A program made the position numbers and the translations under genes. DNA of 64,000 bases from Candidatus Latescibacterota bacterium (GTDB lineage Bacteria; Krumholzibacteriota; Krumholzibacteriia; WVZY01; JAKEHA01). The DNA lies in assembly GCA_963707635.1 (NCBI GenBank), contig OY970173.1, positions 608,001 through 672,000 of the forward strand, in the 5' to 3' direction. Shown piece by piece: positions 59,449-64,000 of the stretch (the stretch's first letter is position 1; every line of letters starts with the position of its first letter). The notes beneath the pieces are model-generated. The model had not been told where the DNA came from. It saw nothing but the letters and a program-made list of their open reading frames with translations, and did not search any database.

Positions 59449-60729
59449 ATGAACTTTCTCGCCTTTCTCGAATGCAGTTCCTGCGGCCGCCGCTACGACG
59501 CCGACGGGCTCCTCGGCCTCTGCGAGGATTGCCGGCGGCCGCTGCTCGCGCGCTACGACCTGGACGCGGCGCGGCGCGCGATCGAGCATTCGCGTCTGCA
59601 CGAACGCCCCCGCGGCGCCTGGCGTTTTCACGAGCTGCAACCCGTACGCGACGCGCGTTTTCGCCTGACCCTGGGGGAAGGCGGCACGCCGCTGGTGCGG
59701 GCCGACCGCCTCGCCGCGAAGCTGGCGGGTCACGAGCGGGTGGCACCGATCCGGGGCCCCCGCGGCGCGAAGCTCGCGGGGTGGATCGGTGACAGGACCC
59801 GCGTCAGTGACGACACCTTTACCGGCACGCTCTTCATCAAGGACGAAAGCCCCAACCCGACCGGCTCCTTCAAGGCACGCGGCATGGCGGTCGCCGTTTC
59901 GCGCGCCGTCGAGCTCGGGGCCACCGCGCTTTCCGCTCCCTCCGCGGGGAACGCCGCCTGCGCGCTCGCCGCGTACGCCGCGCGCGCCGGCGTCGAAGCG
60001 CATGTCTACATGCCGGCCGACGTGCCGACCGCGTTCACGGCGCAGTGCCGCGCCTTCGGGGCGCACGTCCACCTGATCGACGGGCTCATCACCGAGTGCG
60101 GTCGGGTTGCGATCGAAGAGTCGACACGTCACGGGCGCTTCGATCTGTCCACGCTCAAGGAGCCCTACCGGCTGGAAGGCAAGAAGACCCTGGGCTACGA
60201 GCTGGCGGAGCAGATGCAGTGGACGTTGCCCGAAGTCGTCGTCTATCCGACCGGCGGCGGCACCGGGCTCGTCGGAATGTGGAAAGCGTTCGAAGAGATG
60301 GAAGCACTCGGGTGGATCGATACGCGCCGGCCGCGAATGGTCAGCGTCCAGTCGAGCGGGTGCGCGCCGATCGTGCGCGCGTTCGAGAGCGGCGCCCAGA
60401 CGGCCCTCCCGTGGGAGAATGCCGCCACCGTGGCCGACGGGCTGCGCGTGCCGGCGGCGGTCGGGGACGCGCTCATGCTCCGCGCGCTCCGGGAGTCGAA
60501 CGGCACCGCGATCGCCGTCACCGACGAAGAGCTGATGGACGGCGCCAACGCAATCGCCCGCGCCGAGGGGATCTTCGCCGCCCCGGAGGGCGGCGCCACG
60601 GTGGCGGCGTTCGCGACGCTGCGCGCCCGCGGGTGGATTCGAGACGGCGAGCGGGTGGTCCTGTTCAACACCGGGAGCGGGCTGTCGTATGCACACCTCT
60701 GGGCCGGTGGGGAGGGCGGTGGCGCATGA
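59449..60729 (+). CDS. thrC: Threonine synthase (with ~30-aa in-frame insertion)
   Basis: CSSC...C.DC, LGEGGTPL, PTGSFKARG, SAGNA, EPYRLEGKKT, PTGGGTG, FNTGSG. Confidence 0.9.
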   Translation: MNFLAFLECSSCGRRYDADGLLGLCEDCRRPLLARYDLDAARRAIEHSRLHERPRGAWRFHELQPVRDARFRLTLGEGGTPLVRADRLAAKLAGHERVAPIRGPRGAKLAGWIGDRTRVSDDTFTGTLFIKDESPNPTGSFKARGMAVAVSRAVELGATALSAPSAGNAACALAAYAARAGVEAHVYMPADVPTAFTAQCRAFGAHVHLIDGLITECGRVAIEESTRHGRFDLSTLKEPYRLEGKKTLGYELAEQMQWTLPEVVVYPTGGGTGLVGMWKAFEEMEALGWIDTRRPRMVSVQSSGCAPIVRAFESGAQTALPWENAATVADGLRVPAAVGDALMLRALRESNGTAIAVTDEELMDGANAIARAEGIFAAPEGGATVAAFATLRARGWIRDGERVVLFNTGSGLSYAHLWAGGEGGGA

Positions 60730-62768
60730 AGCCGCCGGTCGCCAAACGCATTCCCACCGACGTGTCCGTGCACGACGACCGTCGTGTCGACGAGTACGCC
60801 TGGCTGCGCGACCGTGAGAACCCGGAGGTGATCGCGTACCTCAACGAGGAGAACGCGTACGCGGAGGCGATGCTGGAGCCGACGCGCGAGTTCCAGGAGC
60901 AGCTCTACCGCGAGATGGTGGCGCGCATCAACGAGACCGACAGTTCCGTGCCCGTCACGCGCGATGACTTTCATTACTACACCCGCACCGAGAAAGGTCG
61001 CCAGTACGAGGTCTTCTGCCGGCGCCGCGGCGCGCTCGATGGACCCGAACAGGTGCTCCTCGACGAGAACCGCCTCGCAGAAGGGCACGCCTATCACGCG
61101 ATCGGCTCCCGCGAGGTCAGCCTCGACCACCGCCTGCTCGCGTACACCGTGGACATGTCCGGGGGAGAGCGGTACCAGCTGGTGGTGGTCGATCTCGACG
61201 CCGGGCGGGTCGTGGACGGTCCCATCGACGGAGTGGCCGCCGACATCGAATGGGACAACGACAGCCGCTCGATCTTCTACCTCGTGCTGGACGACGCCAT
61301 GCGACCGTACGCGGTGCGCCGCCATGTGGTGGGTGAACCGGTGGCGCGCGACGTCGAGCTCCACCGCGAGACCGACGTCGCGTTCTACATGGGTATCGAG
61401 GTCACGCGCAGCCGTGACTATCTGTTCGTCACCATGGAGAGCCACACGACGTCGGAGGTGCACGCGCTGCGCCTGTCCGACGGGAGAGACGCCGCGCTGC
61501 GGATCGTCCAGCCGCGCAAGGCCGAGGTCGAGTACCACGTGGCGCACAGCGGGGACTGGTTCTTCATCATGATCAACGAGGAGGCGCTCAACTTTCGCGT
61601 GTTCGAGGCTCCGGCGAAGAACCCGCGGCGCGAGCGCTGGCGGGAAATCATTCCGCACCGGCCGGCGGTCAAGATCGACGGCCTCGAGGCCTTCGAGAAA
61701 CACCTGGTCGTCATCGAGCGGGAAAACGGGCTGAAGCGGATTCGCATCATCGATCTGGTGACGCGCGCCTCGTCGTACGTGGCTTTCGACGAGCCGGTGT
61801 ATACGGTCTGGCTCGAGCGCAACCCCGAATTCCACGAGCGGGTGTTGCGTTTCAACTATTCGTCGCTCACCACGCCGCGCACCGTCTTCGACTACGACAT
61901 GGAGAAGGGAACGCGGGTGCTGCGCAAGCGCTACGAGGTGCTCGGCGGCTTCGACCCGTCGCGCTACGTGGGCGAGCGCGTGTTCGCGGTCGCGACGGAC
62001 GGGACCCGGGTGCCGATCTCACTCGTTTACCGGCGCGACACCCCGCGCGACGGAACCGCGCCGCTGATCCTCTACGGGTACGGGGCGTACGGAGTGTGCG
62101 TGGAGCCGCACTTTGTCTCGAATCGTTTGGGCCTGCTGGACCGCGGCATGGTCTTCGCCATCGCGCACATTCGCGGTGGCGGCGCCCTCGGGCGCATGTG
62201 GTACGAAAAGGGAAAGCGCCTCTACAAGCGCAACACGTTCACGGATTTTATCGCGTGCGCGGAGCACCTGATCGAGAAGGGATACACGTCGAGCGGGAAG
62301 CTCGTCTGCTACGGCGGAAGCGCGGGGGGCATGCTGGTCGGCGCGGTGCTCAACATGCGGCCGGACCTGTGGCGCGCGGCCATGGCGGTGGTGCCATTCG
62401 TGGACGTGCTGAACACGATGCTCGATCCGACGCTCCCGCTGACCGTCATCGAGTACGACGAGTGGGGAAACCCCGAGGATCGGAAGTACTACGAGTACAT
62501 CCGGTCCTACTCGCCCTACGACGACGTGCGACGGCACGACTATCCCGCGATGCTGGTGCTGTCGGGATTCAACGACCCGCGCGTGCAGTACTGGGAGCCC
62601 GCCAAGTGGGTGGCGAGACTGCGGGCGCGCAAGACCGACTCCAACCCCGTGCTGCTGCGCACGCGCATGGGCGAGGGGCACAAGGGCGCGTCCGGACGCT
62701 ACGACTACCTGCGCGACGTGGCGCTGGAGTACGCGTTCATCTTCCAGCAATTCGGGATCGGAACCTAG
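60726..62768 (+). CDS. ptrB: Oligopeptidase B (S9A)
   Basis: DEYAWLRD, YGYGAYG, GGSAGG, EWGNP, DPRVQYWEPAKW, GH. Confidence 0.93.
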   Translation: MKPPVAKRIPTDVSVHDDRRVDEYAWLRDRENPEVIAYLNEENAYAEAMLEPTREFQEQLYREMVARINETDSSVPVTRDDFHYYTRTEKGRQYEVFCRRRGALDGPEQVLLDENRLAEGHAYHAIGSREVSLDHRLLAYTVDMSGGERYQLVVVDLDAGRVVDGPIDGVAADIEWDNDSRSIFYLVLDDAMRPYAVRRHVVGEPVARDVELHRETDVAFYMGIEVTRSRDYLFVTMESHTTSEVHALRLSDGRDAALRIVQPRKAEVEYHVAHSGDWFFIMINEEALNFRVFEAPAKNPRRERWREIIPHRPAVKIDGLEAFEKHLVVIERENGLKRIRIIDLVTRASSYVAFDEPVYTVWLERNPEFHERVLRFNYSSLTTPRTVFDYDMEKGTRVLRKRYEVLGGFDPSRYVGERVFAVATDGTRVPISLVYRRDTPRDGTAPLILYGYGAYGVCVEPHFVSNRLGLLDRGMVFAIAHIRGGGALGRMWYEKGKRLYKRNTFTDFIACAEHLIEKGYTSSGKLVCYGGSAGGMLVGAVLNMRPDLWRAAMAVVPFVDVLNTMLDPTLPLTVIEYDEWGNPEDRKYYEYIRSYSPYDDVRRHDYPAMLVLSGFNDPRVQYWEPAKWVARLRARKTDSNPVLLRTRMGEGHKGASGRYDYLRDVALEYAFIFQQFGIGT

Positions 62769-62781
62769 GGCTCGCTTTCGC

Positions 62782-63918
62782 TCACCCGTGCATCGAGTAC
62801 AGCAGCCGCAGATCCCAGCTGTCACGCTCGACCACGCGGCGATTTCCCAGTTTCCATTCGTCTGCCAGGGCGGAGCCGGTCGCGCGCACCAGTATGCAGG
62901 GCAGTCCGCGCGCGCGCGATTCGAGTTCCGACGGAACGAAACCCGCTTCCGCCAGAATGCTTTGATCCGTCGTGGACACGGTGGCGCTCCACGCGCCGAT
63001 TTCGGGAAAACGCCCGTGGCGAAGCGCAACCCGGAGCAGCTCGGCGCGCGCATCGGGTGAGACGCCCTCCCAGTCGACGATGTGGTAGGGATTCATCGGC
63101 GGGCGATACTCGAGGAAACGACCCAGGGCGAGGAATCCGTCCAGTCGATCGGCGCGTTCCAGACACAGAAAGCCGTACTCGCGCCACGGGTTCCGGTAAC
63201 GCCACGCCAGAAACTCCGCGTCGCGCACCTGACGGATGCGGCCGTCGTGACCCAGCCGCCGGATGAGCGCGGCCATCGCGTCCGTGCGCGTGAAACGCTC
63301 GAAGACGATGGTGGTCCCGGTTTCGCGCCCCGGAATCCGGCCCAGCGAGGCGAGTCGGTCGAAGGGACCGGTGGGCGATTGGACGACGGGGTCGTTGCGC
63401 GGAGCCAGCCGCCACAGGACCCGGGTTCCGTGCAGCCTTTCGTGGAGCTCGTGCGCGATGCGACGCCGGAGGTCGAAGCGCGTGATCGGTTCCATCGAGA
63501 CCGCGCTTCTCCAACCGGTGGCGAGCGAAGCGAGCGTGGTCATGCGTCCCGAGCTCAAGGCTACCATGAATGGATAGCCGCGCGCCTCGAGGTCGTCGTG
63601 CTGCGCGCGCATGATGAGCGTGGCGACTCCGGTGTTGCGATGCTCCGGACGGACGGCGAAGTCATCGACGGCGGGAAGCACGATGCGATCGACGCCGCCG
63701 GCCTGCCAGCAGGTTCCGTACGCGCCGCGCATCCCGACGACACGGCCCTGGTGGAGGGCGACGTAGAGGAAGGAGTCGCGCGCGAGAGGATTCTGGCGGT
63801 ATTTCCAGTCCAGGAATTGCCGGCTCTTCGCCGTTCCTCCGCCCGAGGCCAGATTGCGCAGCTCCACGACCTCCGGCTCGAGATCAGGGTGGTAGGGGAC
63901 GACCTCGTAGCCCGCCAT
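62782..63918 (-). CDS. GNAT-family N-acetyltransferase
   Basis: FLDWKY..NP, DFAVRPEHRNTGVA (acetyl-CoA motif A), FLAWRY.NP. Confidence 0.8.
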   Translation of the reverse strand: MAGYEVVPYHPDLEPEVVELRNLASGGGTAKSRQFLDWKYRQNPLARDSFLYVALHQGRVVGMRGAYGTCWQAGGVDRIVLPAVDDFAVRPEHRNTGVATLIMRAQHDDLEARGYPFMVALSSGRMTTLASLATGWRSAVSMEPITRFDLRRRIAHELHERLHGTRVLWRLAPRNDPVVQSPTGPFDRLASLGRIPGRETGTTIVFERFTRTDAMAALIRRLGHDGRIRQVRDAEFLAWRYRNPWREYGFLCLERADRLDGFLALGRFLEYRPPMNPYHIVDWEGVSPDARAELLRVALRHGRFPEIGAWSATVSTTDQSILAEAGFVPSELESRARGLPCILVRATGSALADEWKLGNRRVVERDSWDLRLLYSMHG

Positions 63919-64000
63919 CGCGTCACCGCGACGACGGCTTGGACCCGCCAGGTGCAGCGCGAAGAATCCGCGAGATGTCGACCGGCTCCGTCGCCACGCA

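Noticed and set aside
63922..64000. 3' end of an upstream - strand gene
   Set aside because: Too short to assign a frame or a product.

Overview
High-GC bacterial chromosomal window, probably from a long-read metagenome assembly. Four secreted proteins end in a PNPF...SGVYF...LLK FlgD-Ig/T9SS-like C-terminal domain, which points to an FCB-group candidate phylum such as Krumholzibacteriota, Latescibacterota or Eisenbacteria (inference). About 60 genes are present. Housekeeping genes: nth, polX, ilvE, rluA-like, thiL, miaB, tdh, kbl, thrC, ptrB. There are also many secreted hydrolases and peptidases, an ECF sigma/anti-sigma/DUF6249 module and an Rrf2-DUF1801-YgfZ-HD operon. The left end holds a decaying stress-type gene cluster. 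About ten genes carry single-base frameshifts that look like sequencing errors. I saw no rRNA, tRNA, CRISPR array, transposase, integrase or phage genes. Best leads: (1) a full-length NfnA/SudB homologue that has lost every FAD, NAD and [2Fe-2S] motif and heads a polX-porin-nth run; (2) two divergent TGAAAC-N17-GGTCC promoters that define the ECF motif; (3) a duplicated ~78-bp promoter-like element paired with lmo0937-family small genes; (4) a shared LKSLGYI tail on two dissimilar alkaline-phosphatase-superfamily lipoproteins. All family assignments come from recognising motifs by eye, not from database searches.
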